A stretch of 64,000 nt of DNA from an uncultured delta proteobacterium (GCA_963806225.1 CAWDXG010000004.1:5623250-5687249); one strand, 5' to 3'; positions 9,872 through 20,134 are shown, numbered from the stretch's first letter. Numbers and translations: made by a program. The notes: generated by a model not told the origin, from the letters alone.

Positions 9872-10273
9872 ATGGGCCCGAACCGCGTCTTCTTCCCCCA
9901 GGAGGCGCTCGATCTGTGGTTGAGCGACGACCGCATCGAGCTGACAGGGGCGGAGCTCGTGATCAAGGCGGAGGACCGCAAGTACCGGATCCTCGAGGCG
10001 ATACGCGTCCTGGGTGAGTCCGCCGGCGGCGCGGACGACAACGAGATCGTGGGCAAGGTCAAGACCGTGGCGTACCTGACGGAGCTCGGCGCGGAGCTCC
10101 TGGGCAACTCCATGATAATCGGGGACAACGCCTACGACGTGGTGCCGGGGTGGCTCGGCTCGCCTGTCGGTACTTTCGCCGAGCACCGCGCGGCCGAATC
10201 GGCGGCTGCACCCGCCAGCGCGTCGAGCGAAGAAGAGCTGCTCGCACAGTATCTGATGCAGGCTCTCGAATAA
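9872..10273 (+). CDS. Hypothetical protein, first gene of the putative hem operon
   Basis: MGPNRVFFPQEALD...; good codon usage; ends 7 bp before ccsA. Confidence 0.7.
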   Translation: MGPNRVFFPQEALDLWLSDDRIELTGAELVIKAEDRKYRILEAIRVLGESAGGADDNEIVGKVKTVAYLTELGAELLGNSMIIGDNAYDVVPGWLGSPVGTFAEHRAAESAAAPASASSEEELLAQYLMQALE

Positions 10274-10280
10274 CTCCCTC

Positions 10281-11102
10281 ATGCACGACCTCGCCACCAT
10301 CGCCTTCTACCTGGGCGTGATCGCCTACTCGGCGTCGGCCACGCTGTTCTTCCTCGACCTGGTACGGCGGGAAGGCGCCGGCATTGCCGCGCGCTGGGCT
10401 CCGTATCTGCTCGGCGTGGGCGCCGCGATGCACGCGGGGCACGTGGTCACCGCCAGTCTGCTGTCGCACGTGTGCCCGGTCGAGTCCGTACACTTCGCGC
10501 TGAGTCTGTCGGCCTGGCTCGTCACGGTCGTGTATCTGGTGGTGCGGCGCCGGCTGCGCCTGCATGCGATCGGCGCGTTCGTCGCGTCCGTCGCGCTCAC
10601 CTTCCTCGTGGGTGCACAGTTCGTCGGCATCACGCGCGCCGGTCCCGGCGGCCAGCGCGGGCTGCTCGCCGCGCACGTCACGTCCAACGTGATCGGCATG
10701 GCGCTGTTCCTGCTCGCGGGGATGGCCGGCACCTTCTACCTGGTGCAGGAACGGCAGCTGAGGGCGAAGCGCGTGACCTGGTTCACGGCCAAGCTGCCGC
10801 CGCTCGACGCGCTCGACCGCACCGAGCACCGGCTGCTGCTTGCGGGCTTTCCGCTGCTCACGTTCGGGATCGTGACGGGTGCCGTCTTTGCCGCGCACAT
10901 GCAGCAGGCCTCGGCCGGGGAGATCCTGCGCGCCGCGCTCGCCTACACGACCTGGTTCGTGGTGGCCGGCGTGTTGATCCTGCGCGCGGTGGCGGGCTGG
11001 CGCGGCCGCCGCGCAGCCTACGGCACCATCGCCGGTGTGGTGTGCGTGCTGATCGTGATCCTGCTCTACGTGATCCATCCTGCGGTTGGGGGTGGGGCAT
11101 GA
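10281..11102 (+). CDS. ccsA: Cytochrome c assembly protein family (CcsA/HemX-like) membrane protein
   Basis: About 8 hydrophobic helices, motifs HV...YLVQERQLR.K...LPPLDALD and GWRGRR; directly upstream of hemA. Confidence 0.8.
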   Translation: MHDLATIAFYLGVIAYSASATLFFLDLVRREGAGIAARWAPYLLGVGAAMHAGHVVTASLLSHVCPVESVHFALSLSAWLVTVVYLVVRRRLRLHAIGAFVASVALTFLVGAQFVGITRAGPGGQRGLLAAHVTSNVIGMALFLLAGMAGTFYLVQERQLRAKRVTWFTAKLPPLDALDRTEHRLLLAGFPLLTFGIVTGAVFAAHMQQASAGEILRAALAYTTWFVVAGVLILRAVAGWRGRRAAYGTIAGVVCVLIVILLYVIHPAVGGGA

Positions 11103-12505
11103 TCGTCGTTGTCGGGCTGTCGCACCGCACCGCGCCGATCAACGTGCGCGAGCTGATCGCGTTGCCGCGCGACGTGGTGCCGACCGTGCTCTCGGAGATC
11201 GTGGCGCATTCCGACGTGGGTGAGGCAATGCTCGTCTCGACGTGCAACCGCGTGGAGGTCGTCGCGGCCGGCAAACACGGGTTCGACGACGCGGACCTGG
11301 AGCGCGTGGCCGCGCAGGTCAAGCAGGCGCTGGTCCAGCGCGCGCCGGGGCTCCAGGGAAACCTGTACGAGCACCTGGGCGGCCAGGGCGTCCGGCACCT
11401 GTTCCGCGTGGCCTCCTCGCTCGACTCGCTGGTGCTGGGCGAACCGCAGATCCTTGGCCAGGTCAAGGATGCCTTCGAGACGGCGCGCCGGGTCGGCACC
11501 GTGGGCTCGGCGCTGAACCGCGCTGTCCCGCGCGCGATCCGCACCGCCAAGCGCGTGCGGTCGCAGACCGCGATCGGGATGGGGCAGGTGTCGGTGCCCA
11601 GCGTGTCCGTCGACCTAGCCAAGCAGATCTTCGGCGATCTCGAGGGTCGCACGGTGATGCTCATCGGGTCGGGCGAGATGGCCGAGACGGTCGCGCGGCT
11701 TCTCGGCGGATGCGGCGCGCGCATCGTGATCGTGGGGCGCAACAAGCTGCGGGTGGCGGAGCTCACGCGCAGCGTCGGCGGCGAGGGTCGCCAGTGGCAA
11801 GACCTGAAGGCGACCCTGGTCGAAGCCGACGTGGTGCTCACGAGTACCAGCGCGCCGACCTACGTCGTGGACCACGACCTGGTGAAGAGCGTTCGCAAGC
11901 AGCGCCGCGGGCGCAGCCTGTTCTTCATCGACCTGGCGGTGCCGCGCGATGTCGACCCGCGCGTCGAGTCGCTCGCGAACACCTTCCTCTACAACATCGA
12001 CGACTTCTCGAAGGTGGTCGCCGGCACGCTGTCGAGTCGCCAGCACGAGGCGGAGCGCGCCGAGCAGATCGTGCTGGAAGAGACGCAGGGCTACCAGCGC
12101 TGGCGCGAGGTCGCGCAGATGACGCCGACCATCGTGGCGCTGCGCGAGCGCTTCCGGCGCATCCTGGTCGCGGAGCTCGAGCGCAGTCTCAAGGGGAGGC
12201 TGAAACACCTGGGGCCGGAAGAACACCAGGCCCTGGACAAGATGTGCGAGGCTGCGCTCAACAAGATGCTCCACCACCCCACCGCGCGTCTGCGCGAAAC
12301 CGCTGCCGAATACGGCGTCGAAAGCCATCCGGTCGAACAGCTGGTGGCCGCGATCGACGAGTTGTTTGCGCTCGAAGGCGAGCACCCCGAGCTGCACGCG
12401 GCGCCGGACGCCGCAGCGTCCGGGGAGCCGGCGGAGCGCGCGGAGCCCGAGCCCGAGGTCGAGCTTTCCGGCACGCACGTCGCTACCGGCACGAGGGGGC
12501 GATGA
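11099..12505 (+). CDS. hemA: Glutamyl-tRNA reductase
   Basis: GLSHRTAP, STCNRVE, SLDSLVLGEPQILGQVK, DLAVPRDVD; ATGA overlap with ccsA. Confidence 0.97.
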   Translation: MIVVVGLSHRTAPINVRELIALPRDVVPTVLSEIVAHSDVGEAMLVSTCNRVEVVAAGKHGFDDADLERVAAQVKQALVQRAPGLQGNLYEHLGGQGVRHLFRVASSLDSLVLGEPQILGQVKDAFETARRVGTVGSALNRAVPRAIRTAKRVRSQTAIGMGQVSVPSVSVDLAKQIFGDLEGRTVMLIGSGEMAETVARLLGGCGARIVIVGRNKLRVAELTRSVGGEGRQWQDLKATLVEADVVLTSTSAPTYVVDHDLVKSVRKQRRGRSLFFIDLAVPRDVDPRVESLANTFLYNIDDFSKVVAGTLSSRQHEAERAEQIVLEETQGYQRWREVAQMTPTIVALRERFRRILVAELERSLKGRLKHLGPEEHQALDKMCEAALNKMLHHPTARLRETAAEYGVESHPVEQLVAAIDELFALEGEHPELHAAPDAAASGEPAERAEPEPEVELSGTHVATGTRGR

Positions 12506-13398
12506 GCGGGCGCGTGGTGGTCGCGACGCGCCGGAGCAAGCTGGCGCTGGCGCAGGCCCGCGCGTGGATGCGGGAGCTTGCCGCGCGCCACGAGGGGCTC
12601 GAGGTCGACGAGCTGCACGTGACGACGACGGGTGACCGCGTGCAAGACCGCGCGTTGAACGAGATCGGCGGCAAGGGGCTGTTCATCAAGGAAATCGAGG
12701 AAGCGCTGCTCGATCAGCGCGCGGACCTGGCCGTCCACTCGATGAAGGACGTGCCGGGGGAGCTGGCGCCGTCGCTCCGCATCGGGTGCGTGCCACGGCG
12801 CGAGGACCCGCGCGACGTCGTGGTGACCCGCGACGGCCGTCTGCTCGAGGAGCTGCCCGGCGGCAGCCGCGTCGGAACCTCGTCGCTGCGGCGCGGCGTC
12901 CAGCTGTCGGCGTGGCGCCCGGATCTCGACATCGTGCCGCTGCGCGGCAACGTCGACACGCGCCTGCGGAAATGCGCAGAGGGCGAAGTGGATGCGGTGG
13001 TGCTGGCGCGGGCCGGTCTGACGCGGCTTGGCCTGCTCGATCGCGTCACCGAGACGCTCGACCCCGAACGCTGTCTGCCGGCGGTAGGGCAGGGCGCGCT
13101 GGCCGTCGAGCAGCGCGCGGACGACGAGCGCATCGCTGCCATCCTCGCACCGCTGGCCGATGTCGAGACGGCGCTGACGGTCGCGGCCGAGCGCGGCGTG
13201 ATGATCGCCGTGGAAGGCAGCTGCCAGGTGCCGGTGGCGGCCTACGCGATGCGCCAGGGCGACCAGCTGTGGCTGCGCGGCATGCTGGCCGAGCCCGACG
13301 GCACGCGCCTCAGGCGCCGCGAGGTCACGGTGGCATGGCCGTCGAGCGAGGGCGAAGCCGAACAGGTCGGCCTGGAGCTCGGCCGCGGGCTCAAGTAG
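12502..13398 (+). CDS. hemC: Hydroxymethylbilane synthase (porphobilinogen deaminase)
   Basis: ATRRSKLALAQ, GGKGLFIKE, AVHSMKDVP, GTSSLRR, RGNVDTRL, GSCQVP. Confidence 0.97.
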   Translation: MSGRVVVATRRSKLALAQARAWMRELAARHEGLEVDELHVTTTGDRVQDRALNEIGGKGLFIKEIEEALLDQRADLAVHSMKDVPGELAPSLRIGCVPRREDPRDVVVTRDGRLLEELPGGSRVGTSSLRRGVQLSAWRPDLDIVPLRGNVDTRLRKCAEGEVDAVVLARAGLTRLGLLDRVTETLDPERCLPAVGQGALAVEQRADDERIAAILAPLADVETALTVAAERGVMIAVEGSCQVPVAAYAMRQGDQLWLRGMLAEPDGTRLRRREVTVAWPSSEGEAEQVGLELGRGLK

Positions 13399-14429
13399 TG
13401 CCGCTCCGCGTGTGGGCGCAGAGGCAGCTCGAGCGCGGCGCGTTCGATGGGACGCCCGCCCGGCGCGCGAGTGCGCTGTGGCGGCGCGTCGCGGATCCGG
13501 TGCGGCCACTGGCGCTGCCGTCGGGGGCACGCGTGGTGGGTGTCGGGGGCGCGACGCTCGGTGGGGCGGGCAAGACGCCCTTGGTGCTCGAGCTCGCGCG
13601 CCGGCTTTCTGCGCGCGGCGAGCGCGTCGCCGTCGTCGCCACCGCCTACCGCGCTCGGCCGGGGAGGGCACGCCAGGTCTCGGTCGACGATCGCGTAGAG
13701 CAGGTGGGCGACGAGGGGCTTATGCTGGCGCGCGCGCTTGCGCCGAGCGTTCCGGTCGTCGTCGCGCCGGCGCGACAGGACGCGCTCGAGCTGGCGGCCG
13801 GGCTGGCCCCGCTCGTGCTGGTCGACGCGCTCCTGCAGGCGCGCCCCGGGCGGCTTTCGCTGTCGCTGCTGGTCCTCGACGCGAGCCAGCCGTGGGGCGC
13901 CGGTCGCTGTCCGCCGTCCGGGGATCTACGCGCGGATCGCGAGCGGCTGCTTGCCGCGTCCGACGCGGTCCTGCTCGTCGGCAGCGCCGGGAACGGGGTC
14001 CGCGTCGCAGTGGAGCGGCTCTGCCGTCGCGCCGGTCGCCCGCTTTTCGAGGTTCCAGCTCGCCTCCGCGGGGCGCGCACGCCGGAGGGCACGCTGCTGG
14101 GGGTCGAGGAGCTGTCGCGGCGGCGCGTCGGGCTGGCGCTCGCCGTGGCCCACCCGGAGCGCATCGTCGCCGCGCTCCGGGCTTCCGGCATCGTTCCCGC
14201 ACCCACCTGCTTCGACGCCGACCACGGCGTGCCGGCTCCGGACCGCGCGGACCCGGCGCCAGAGGCCTGGCTTGCCACCGCCAAGTGCGCGACGAAGCTG
14301 GACCGCGAGGCCCGCAGAGCGCCCGTCTGGGTGCTGGAACAGGCACTGGAGCCGCCTGGGGAGCTCCTGTCCCTGGTGGCCGGGGGCAAAGCGGATGTCC
14401 GTGGACTTTGCCCGGAAAAGCCGTGGTAG
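13398..14429 (+). CDS. lpxK: Tetraacyldisaccharide 4'-kinase-like protein (divergent LpxK)
   Basis: VVGVGGATLGGAGKTP P-loop, VGDE.LMLAR, P.GDLR, DH, T.K. GTG start overlaps the hemC stop. Confidence 0.65.
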   Translation: MPLRVWAQRQLERGAFDGTPARRASALWRRVADPVRPLALPSGARVVGVGGATLGGAGKTPLVLELARRLSARGERVAVVATAYRARPGRARQVSVDDRVEQVGDEGLMLARALAPSVPVVVAPARQDALELAAGLAPLVLVDALLQARPGRLSLSLLVLDASQPWGAGRCPPSGDLRADRERLLAASDAVLLVGSAGNGVRVAVERLCRRAGRPLFEVPARLRGARTPEGTLLGVEELSRRRVGLALAVAHPERIVAALRASGIVPAPTCFDADHGVPAPDRADPAPEAWLATAKCATKLDREARRAPVWVLEQALEPPGELLSLVAGGKADVRGLCPEKPW

Positions 14430-14439
14430 AGTCCGCGCC

Positions 14440-15081
14440 ATGTCCGGCTTCCGAAGCATCCTGAGAGTTGTGTTCCTGCTCGCGCTCACGGCGCTGGTTG
14501 TTCCGCTTTCCGCGTGCGGCCAGAAGGTCGTGCACTCGAAAGTCACGGCCGGCAGCATGCCGCCCGGCGCCGAGTGGACCGGCGTCTACTATAGCGAGAT
14601 CTACGGCTACCTCCACCTGATCAAGGAGGGGGATACCGTCAACGGCCGCTGGCGCACCACCGAAGGTGACGCGTGGGGCGAGATGAGCGGCAAGGTGGAG
14701 GGCAACCTCTTTCGCTACGAGTGGACGAACCACAAGATCGGACTGGTCGGTCCGTCGGCGACCTCGCACGGGAAGGGCTACTTCCTGTACACGCGCCCGC
14801 ACGAGGGCGAGGCCGACGAGCTCCACGGCCAGTGGGGCCTCGACGACTCGGACAGCGGCAACAAGTGGGATTGCGTCAAGCAGAAGGACATGAAGCCCGA
14901 CTTCAAGTCCGTGCTGCCCGACGAGTACCAGCGGCGCGGCCAGGGCGGCGGCTGGGACCAGTCTGGTAACGGCGGCGGCGACAAGGCTGCGCCCGGCGGT
15001 GACGACGAGGGTGCCGCGGGCAGCGGTGACGAGGGTGGCGACGAGCCCAGCGACGACCCCATAAACGGCGGCGGCCTGTAG
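14440..15081 (+). CDS. Lipoprotein of unknown function with acidic Gly-rich tail
   Basis: Lipobox LSAC; WTGVY...G.W beta-rich domain. Confidence 0.75.
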   Translation: MSGFRSILRVVFLLALTALVVPLSACGQKVVHSKVTAGSMPPGAEWTGVYYSEIYGYLHLIKEGDTVNGRWRTTEGDAWGEMSGKVEGNLFRYEWTNHKIGLVGPSATSHGKGYFLYTRPHEGEADELHGQWGLDDSDSGNKWDCVKQKDMKPDFKSVLPDEYQRRGQGGGWDQSGNGGGDKAAPGGDDEGAAGSGDEGGDEPSDDPINGGGL

Positions 15082-15105
15082 CCGACGCCCCCCTGGGCCG
15101 CCGGC

Positions 15106-16653
15106 TTGGCGGCCCGAACGCTCTGCAGCGATGCGGAGCGCTTCCATTTGGAGAAGGCATTGCCCGCAGAAGCAGCCAAGGGCCTCCAGTTCCGTGAGCC
15201 TCCTATCTTCGAGCGCGGTGCGCCCGGTCGCAGCGGCGTATCGCTCGGCGAGCTGGATGTGCCGCCGGTCGATCCGGCTGAAGCGCTGGGAGCGCTCGCC
15301 CGGCGCGTGCCGGCGGCGCTGCCCGAAGTGAGCGAACCGGAGGCGTTCCGCCATTTCGTGCGCCTGAGCCAGTGGAACTTCTGCATCGACACACAGTTCT
15401 ACCCGCTGGGCTCGTGCACGATGAAATACAACCCCAAGGTGAACGAGTGGGTGGCGCGGCTCGAGGGCTTTGCCAATCTGCACCCGTGGACACCGGAGCA
15501 CCTGTCGCAGGGTGCGCTCGAGCTGATGGCGGGGCTGTCCGATCTACTGGCCGAGATCGTCGGCATGGACGGCGTCAGCCTGCAGCCCGCCGCTGGCGCG
15601 CAGGGCGAGCTCACCGGGCTGATGATGATCCGCGCCTACCACCAGTCGCGCGGCCGATCGCCGAAGAAGATCTTCATTCCCGACAGCGCGCATGGGACCA
15701 ATCCCGCGAGCTGCGCTCTGAACGGCTTCGAAGCGGTGCCGTTCACCGCAGGTGGTTCGGGTGTGGTCGAGCCCGAGCAGCTGGCGCGGGCGCTGGAAGC
15801 TGCGGGCGACGACGTCGCCGGCATGATGATGACGAATCCGAACACGCTCGGCCTGTTCGAGAGCGCGATGCCGCGGCTCACCGAGCTGGTGCATTCGAAG
15901 GGCGGCCTGGTCTACGGCGACGGCGCCAACATGAACGCGGTGCTCGGGCGCGCGCGTCCGGGCGACGCAGGCGTCGACGTGATGCAGTTCAATCTGCACA
16001 AGACGTTCACCACGCCGCACGGCGGCGGCGGCCCGGGTTCAGGCCCGGTGGCGTTCAAGAGGATCCTCGAGCCGTTCCAGCCCGCGCCGGTCGTGCGTCG
16101 GGATGGTGACGTCGTGCGGGTGTACTCGGATCGCGAGCACAGCGTGGGGCGCGTGCGCTCGTTCCTCGGCAATTTCGGGATGATGGTGCGCGCATACGCC
16201 TACATCCGCGAGCTGGGGCCGGAGGGGCTGCGCGCGGTCAGCGACATGGCCGTGCTCAATGCGAACTACCTCGCAACGCGCCTCAAGGAGCTGTTCCCGA
16301 TCGCCTTCGAGACGCGGCCGCTGCACGAAGCCGTGTTCAGCGACAAGGAGCTCGAGCACGAGACCGGCGTGAAGACGCTGGACATCGCCAAACGCCTCAT
16401 CGACTACGGCTTCCACCCGCCGACCGTGTACTTCCCGCTGGTCGTACGCGGCGCGCTCATGATCGAGCCGACCGAGACCGAGACCAAGCAGACCATCGAC
16501 GCGTTTGTCGACGCGCTCGCTTCGATCAAGCGCGAGGCGCACGAGAATCCGGAACTGCTCAAGCACGCGCCGCACCTCACGCGGCTCGGCCGGCTCGACG
16601 AGGCGCGTGCCGCACGCAAGCCGCGCTTGCGCTGGACGCCTGCCGAAGCGTAG
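15106..16653 (+). CDS. gcvPB: Glycine dehydrogenase (decarboxylating) subunit 2
   Basis: YPLGSCTMKYNP, QPAAGAQGE, SAHGTNPAS, NLHKTF PLP lysine, PHGGGGPG. Start uncertain. Confidence 0.95.
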   Translation: MAARTLCSDAERFHLEKALPAEAAKGLQFREPPIFERGAPGRSGVSLGELDVPPVDPAEALGALARRVPAALPEVSEPEAFRHFVRLSQWNFCIDTQFYPLGSCTMKYNPKVNEWVARLEGFANLHPWTPEHLSQGALELMAGLSDLLAEIVGMDGVSLQPAAGAQGELTGLMMIRAYHQSRGRSPKKIFIPDSAHGTNPASCALNGFEAVPFTAGGSGVVEPEQLARALEAAGDDVAGMMMTNPNTLGLFESAMPRLTELVHSKGGLVYGDGANMNAVLGRARPGDAGVDVMQFNLHKTFTTPHGGGGPGSGPVAFKRILEPFQPAPVVRRDGDVVRVYSDREHSVGRVRSFLGNFGMMVRAYAYIRELGPEGLRAVSDMAVLNANYLATRLKELFPIAFETRPLHEAVFSDKELEHETGVKTLDIAKRLIDYGFHPPTVYFPLVVRGALMIEPTETETKQTIDAFVDALASIKREAHENPELLKHAPHLTRLGRLDEARAARKPRLRWTPAEA

Positions 16654-16668
16654 CCGGCTACCGGCGGC

Positions 16669-17403
16669 TCAGAAACAGGCCCAGCCGCCGCCCACGCAGT
16701 CGCACCCGGCGCTGCCGTAGACGCAGTGCAGGCCGGTCACGGAGCACTTCGCCTTCGTGCCCGGCTGCTTCGGCGGGCAGCTGCCGCAGCTCCAGGTCGT
16801 GCTGGAGCAGATGCACTGGGTCGAACCGTAGAGGCAGTCCGCGGAGACCGGGGAGCACGCCGTGTTGGACGACGGTTGTGAAGAGGGGCACGCCGTGCAG
16901 TGCCAGGTGGCACCGTTGCAGTGGCATTGGTCCGACGCGTAGCTGCACCATAGCGTGCTGTCCTTGCAGCTGCCGCCTTCACCGGGTTGCTTGGCCGGGC
17001 AACCCTGCGTTCCGCCGCCGCCGCCGCCGCTGCCGCCTGTCGCGCCGCCGCTGCCGCCCGTCGCGCCGCCGCTGCCGCCCGTCGCGCCGCCGCTGCCGCC
17101 CGTCGCGCCGCCGCTGCCGCCCGTCGCGCCGCCGCTGCCGCCCGTCGCGCCGCCGCTGCCGCCCGTCGCGCCGCCGCCGCTGCCGCCCGTCGCGCCGCCG
17201 CCGCTGCCGCCCGTCGCACCGCCGGTCCCTGTGCCGGCAGCGCCGCCCGTCGCGCCGCCGCCTGCGCCGCCCGATGCACCTGCGCCGCCGGTGGACGTCG
17301 CGTCCTGGCCAGCGTCGCGCGAGCCGCCACTATCCCCGTTCGACCCGCACGCGACGAGCAACGCGACACTGGAGACGACGACCACCGTGCGGAAACCGCG
17401 CAC
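16669..17403 (-). CDS. Gly-rich lipoprotein with Cys-rich C-terminal repeats
   Basis: Lipobox LVAC; GGSGGAT repeats; three CP..QP....C......C.Y....C.C....W.C units. Confidence 0.75.
   Translation of the reverse strand: MRGFRTVVVVSSVALLVACGSNGDSGGSRDAGQDATSTGGAGASGGAGGGATGGAAGTGTGGATGGSGGGATGGSGGGATGGSGGATGGSGGATGGSGGATGGSGGATGGSGGATGGSGGATGGSGGGGGGTQGCPAKQPGEGGSCKDSTLWCSYASDQCHCNGATWHCTACPSSQPSSNTACSPVSADCLYGSTQCICSSTTWSCGSCPPKQPGTKAKCSVTGLHCVYGSAGCDCVGGGWACF
17024..17222. repeat. Coding tandem repeat of 21/24-bp units (GGSGG(G)AT)
   Basis: About nine copies of ccgctgccgcccgtcgcgccg. Confidence 0.9.
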
Positions 17404-17464
17404 GCCGTCAGCGTAGCATTTCGGCTCGCGAACCGTGACCGCTCATTGCCGGCGTCTGCCCCAG

Positions 17465-18775
17465 ATGTCGAAAAGCGGTGCTATCCTGTTCGCCGTGGGA
17501 CGACATGCCTGGATTCTTCTGACGTTCGCCGCGTGCGGGCTGTACTGCGTTTCGTGTTCTTCCGGGGAGAGCAGCAACCCCGGCTACACGTCCGCGGGCA
17601 GTGCCGGCACGGGCGCAATCGGCGGCAGTGCCGGCACGGGTGGCAGCACCGGCGGCAGTGCCGGCACGGGCGCAATCGGCGGCACGGGCGCAACCGGCGG
17701 CAGTGCCGGCGCGGGCGGCAGCACTGGCGGCAGCGCGGGAGCGGGCGGCAGTGCGGGAGCGGGCGGCAGTGCGGGAGCGGGCGGCAGTGCGGGAGCGGGC
17801 GGCAGCGGCCCTGCCTGCGGCGGAAGTTGCGCCACCGGCTACACGTGCCAGACGGCGAATGGCATCGACGTGTGCCGCGCGAAGAGCGGCGTGCCGCTGT
17901 TCTCCCACGTATTCGTCATTCTGATGGAGAACACGTCGCTGTCGACGCTGCAGAAGGCGATGAACAACGGCGGCGCGCCCAACTTGGCCAAGCTGGCGCA
18001 GAACCATGCGATAGGGTCGGACTATCACGGCGTGGCCCACCCGAGCCTGCCGAACTACATCGCGCTCACTTCTGGCGATACGCAGGGCATCGGCTGCGAC
18101 TGCAACCCGACCGGTTCGTCCTGCAACATCGCCACGTGCAACACGCTGATCCACACCTGCGGCTGCAACAAAGCCGCGACCAACCTCGGAGACCAGCTGG
18201 ACACGGCGAAGGTCTCCTGGAAGGCGTTCGGCGAGAACATGGGCACGGCGTGTAACCTGAGCAACAGCGGCGACTACGCGGTCCGGCACATACCGTTCGT
18301 CTATTACGACGACATCCAGAAGAACGCCGCGCGGTGCAAGGCGCACGTTGTCGACTTGTCCAACTTCTCGCCGGGCACCGCGCCGCGCTTCACGTACATC
18401 GCGCCCAACCTGGTGCATGACATGCACGACCCGTTCCCCGCTACCGCGCAGAACATCAAGAACGGGGACACCTGGGTCGGGCCGGCGGTGGACGCGATCC
18501 TGGCTTCCGCGGCCTACAAGCAGGGCGGCCTCGTCGTGGTCGTGTGGGACGAGGACGATCTCTCCGGCGGCGTCACGGGCACCAACGACCCGATCCCGAT
18601 CTTCCTGATGTCACCCTACGCGAAGAGCGGCGGCTACGTGAGCAAGCTCAAGGCGGATCACTACTCGCTTCTGGCGACCATCGAGGACGGCCTGGGACTT
18701 TCGCGGCTCGGCAAGGCGGCCGCGAAGCGGGCCGGCTACGCCGACACGCTGTCGGACTACTTCCCGGCAAAGTGA
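17465..18775 (+). CDS. Phosphoesterase-family (acid phosphatase/phospholipase C-like) lipoprotein
   Basis: HVFVILMEN, HPSLPNYIALTSG, HDMHD, VVWDE, DHYSLL.TIE; N-terminal Gly-rich linker. Confidence 0.85.
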   Translation: MSKSGAILFAVGRHAWILLTFAACGLYCVSCSSGESSNPGYTSAGSAGTGAIGGSAGTGGSTGGSAGTGAIGGTGATGGSAGAGGSTGGSAGAGGSAGAGGSAGAGGSAGAGGSGPACGGSCATGYTCQTANGIDVCRAKSGVPLFSHVFVILMENTSLSTLQKAMNNGGAPNLAKLAQNHAIGSDYHGVAHPSLPNYIALTSGDTQGIGCDCNPTGSSCNIATCNTLIHTCGCNKAATNLGDQLDTAKVSWKAFGENMGTACNLSNSGDYAVRHIPFVYYDDIQKNAARCKAHVVDLSNFSPGTAPRFTYIAPNLVHDMHDPFPATAQNIKNGDTWVGPAVDAILASAAYKQGGLVVVVWDEDDLSGGVTGTNDPIPIFLMSPYAKSGGYVSKLKADHYSLLATIEDGLGLSRLGKAAAKRAGYADTLSDYFPAK

Positions 18776-18845
18776 GCGGGCGCGGTCAGCGCCGGCGCCC
18801 ACCAGCTCTGTCGCGCGAAGCTGTCGTTCGCGCGCGACGGAACAG

Positions 18846-19898
18846 CTACGGGACCTGTACCAGCGGATCGACGAGCAGCTGGAGGTCCTGGGTCACCTTG
18901 TAGTAGTGCACTTCCAGCACCGGAGTGACGCTGGCGCCGTCCTTCTGGTTCACCGTCAGCACGAGCAACTGGCCGAAGTCGGCCGAGTAGTTGGGGTTGG
19001 GCAGGACCTTGTAGGTCCCCTCCAGCGTATGGCCGTCTTCGGTGCTGCGGGTGAACGTGTTGTCGCTCGACAGCGTGAGCGTGGGCGCCACCGTCTGCGA
19101 CTGTCCGCCGGACGCGATGTCGACCTTGTAGGACCAGGCCCCCGTGATGTCGTTGGCCGAGCCGCTCCCCTGCCGCACGTACGGTGCAGCCGAGAAGTAG
19201 GTCGCGTCGACGTAGAACTCGGAGGTGCGCGTGGTTTCCACGGGCTTTGTCAGGTCGGCTGTGTCGCACGCCGTGTGGTCACGCGTCTCGAGCTTCAAGC
19301 GGCCGTCGGCGAGCACGGACCAGGTTCCGCCCTGGGGGCCGCTGCCGGCCGCGTCGTCGTCCCGGCACCACGTGTCGGCGGTCAGCTTGTCCTTGGGGCG
19401 CTTGATCACCGGATAGACGCCGCCGGCACTGGCCTGGTTGTCGTAGACGAGCAGCGTCCACGTGCGGACCAGTGCTTGCTCCCGCGTCGGGAACACCGCC
19501 GCATGCGGCCACACGGTCTGGTTGCCCGCTTCATCGGTCGCTGCGACGTGGATCGTCAGACCGGACTTCGCAGTCGTCGTGATCTGCCACAAGCCGTTGT
19601 GCAGATTCGCAGTCTGGTCCGCGAGCGGCTGGTTCGAGTCGTCGAGCGCCTGGACGTTCAGGTTCTGCGTGATCGTGATGTCGTCGGTCGCGAACACCTT
19701 GAGTGTCAGCGGCGTCGGAGTCGCGATGACGCGATGGGCGTCGCTCTTGCCGAGGTCCAGCGTGCCGGGGTTTGGATCGCTCAGCGTGGCGCTGACCTGG
19801 TTGATCTCGGGGGGCGTCGTGTCCTTGGGGCCCGGTTTGGTATTCGAGCCGTCTCCATTTCCGCACGCAGCCAGGACGCTACTCGCCGCAATCACCAT
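18846..19898 (-). CDS. Lipoprotein of unknown function (Ig-like plus lipocalin-like beta domains)
   Basis: Lipobox LAAC, DTTPP motif, ITGAW strand. Start uncertain (19898 or 19994). Confidence 0.65.
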   Translation of the reverse strand: MVIAASSVLAACGNGDGSNTKPGPKDTTPPEINQVSATLSDPNPGTLDLGKSDAHRVIATPTPLTLKVFATDDITITQNLNVQALDDSNQPLADQTANLHNGLWQITTTAKSGLTIHVAATDEAGNQTVWPHAAVFPTREQALVRTWTLLVYDNQASAGGVYPVIKRPKDKLTADTWCRDDDAAGSGPQGGTWSVLADGRLKLETRDHTACDTADLTKPVETTRTSEFYVDATYFSAAPYVRQGSGSANDITGAWSYKVDIASGGQSQTVAPTLTLSSDNTFTRSTEDGHTLEGTYKVLPNPNYSADFGQLLVLTVNQKDGASVTPVLEVHYYKVTQDLQLLVDPLVQVP

Positions 19899-20134
19899 GC
19901 CGAGCGCGCGGACCGCGCGCCGTGTGCGGGACCCGAGCGGCCGTGCCGCTCCAGCTTTGTGCGCCGCACTTCGACCCGGCGCGCGCTCGATCATGTCGCA
20001 TAGGCTACCAGCGGAGACCCCCGTGTCAATTCGGTGAAAACGGGCTAAGCTCCCGCGTCTCGCTTTATTCGTTGGGTGCACGGCCAGGGAGGGTCGTCGA
20101 ACATAACCCGCGCTCGCGGGGTAGAGGTCTATCA

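Noticed and set aside
10281..13398. Functional link between the hem genes and the hypothesised succinylacetone product
   Set aside because: About 25 kb apart with housekeeping genes between, and hemB, the actual target, is absent.
17024..17810. Regular GC-rich repeats as CRISPR array or non-coding repeat
   Set aside because: No unique spacers; unit lengths are multiples of three and encode Gly-rich linkers.
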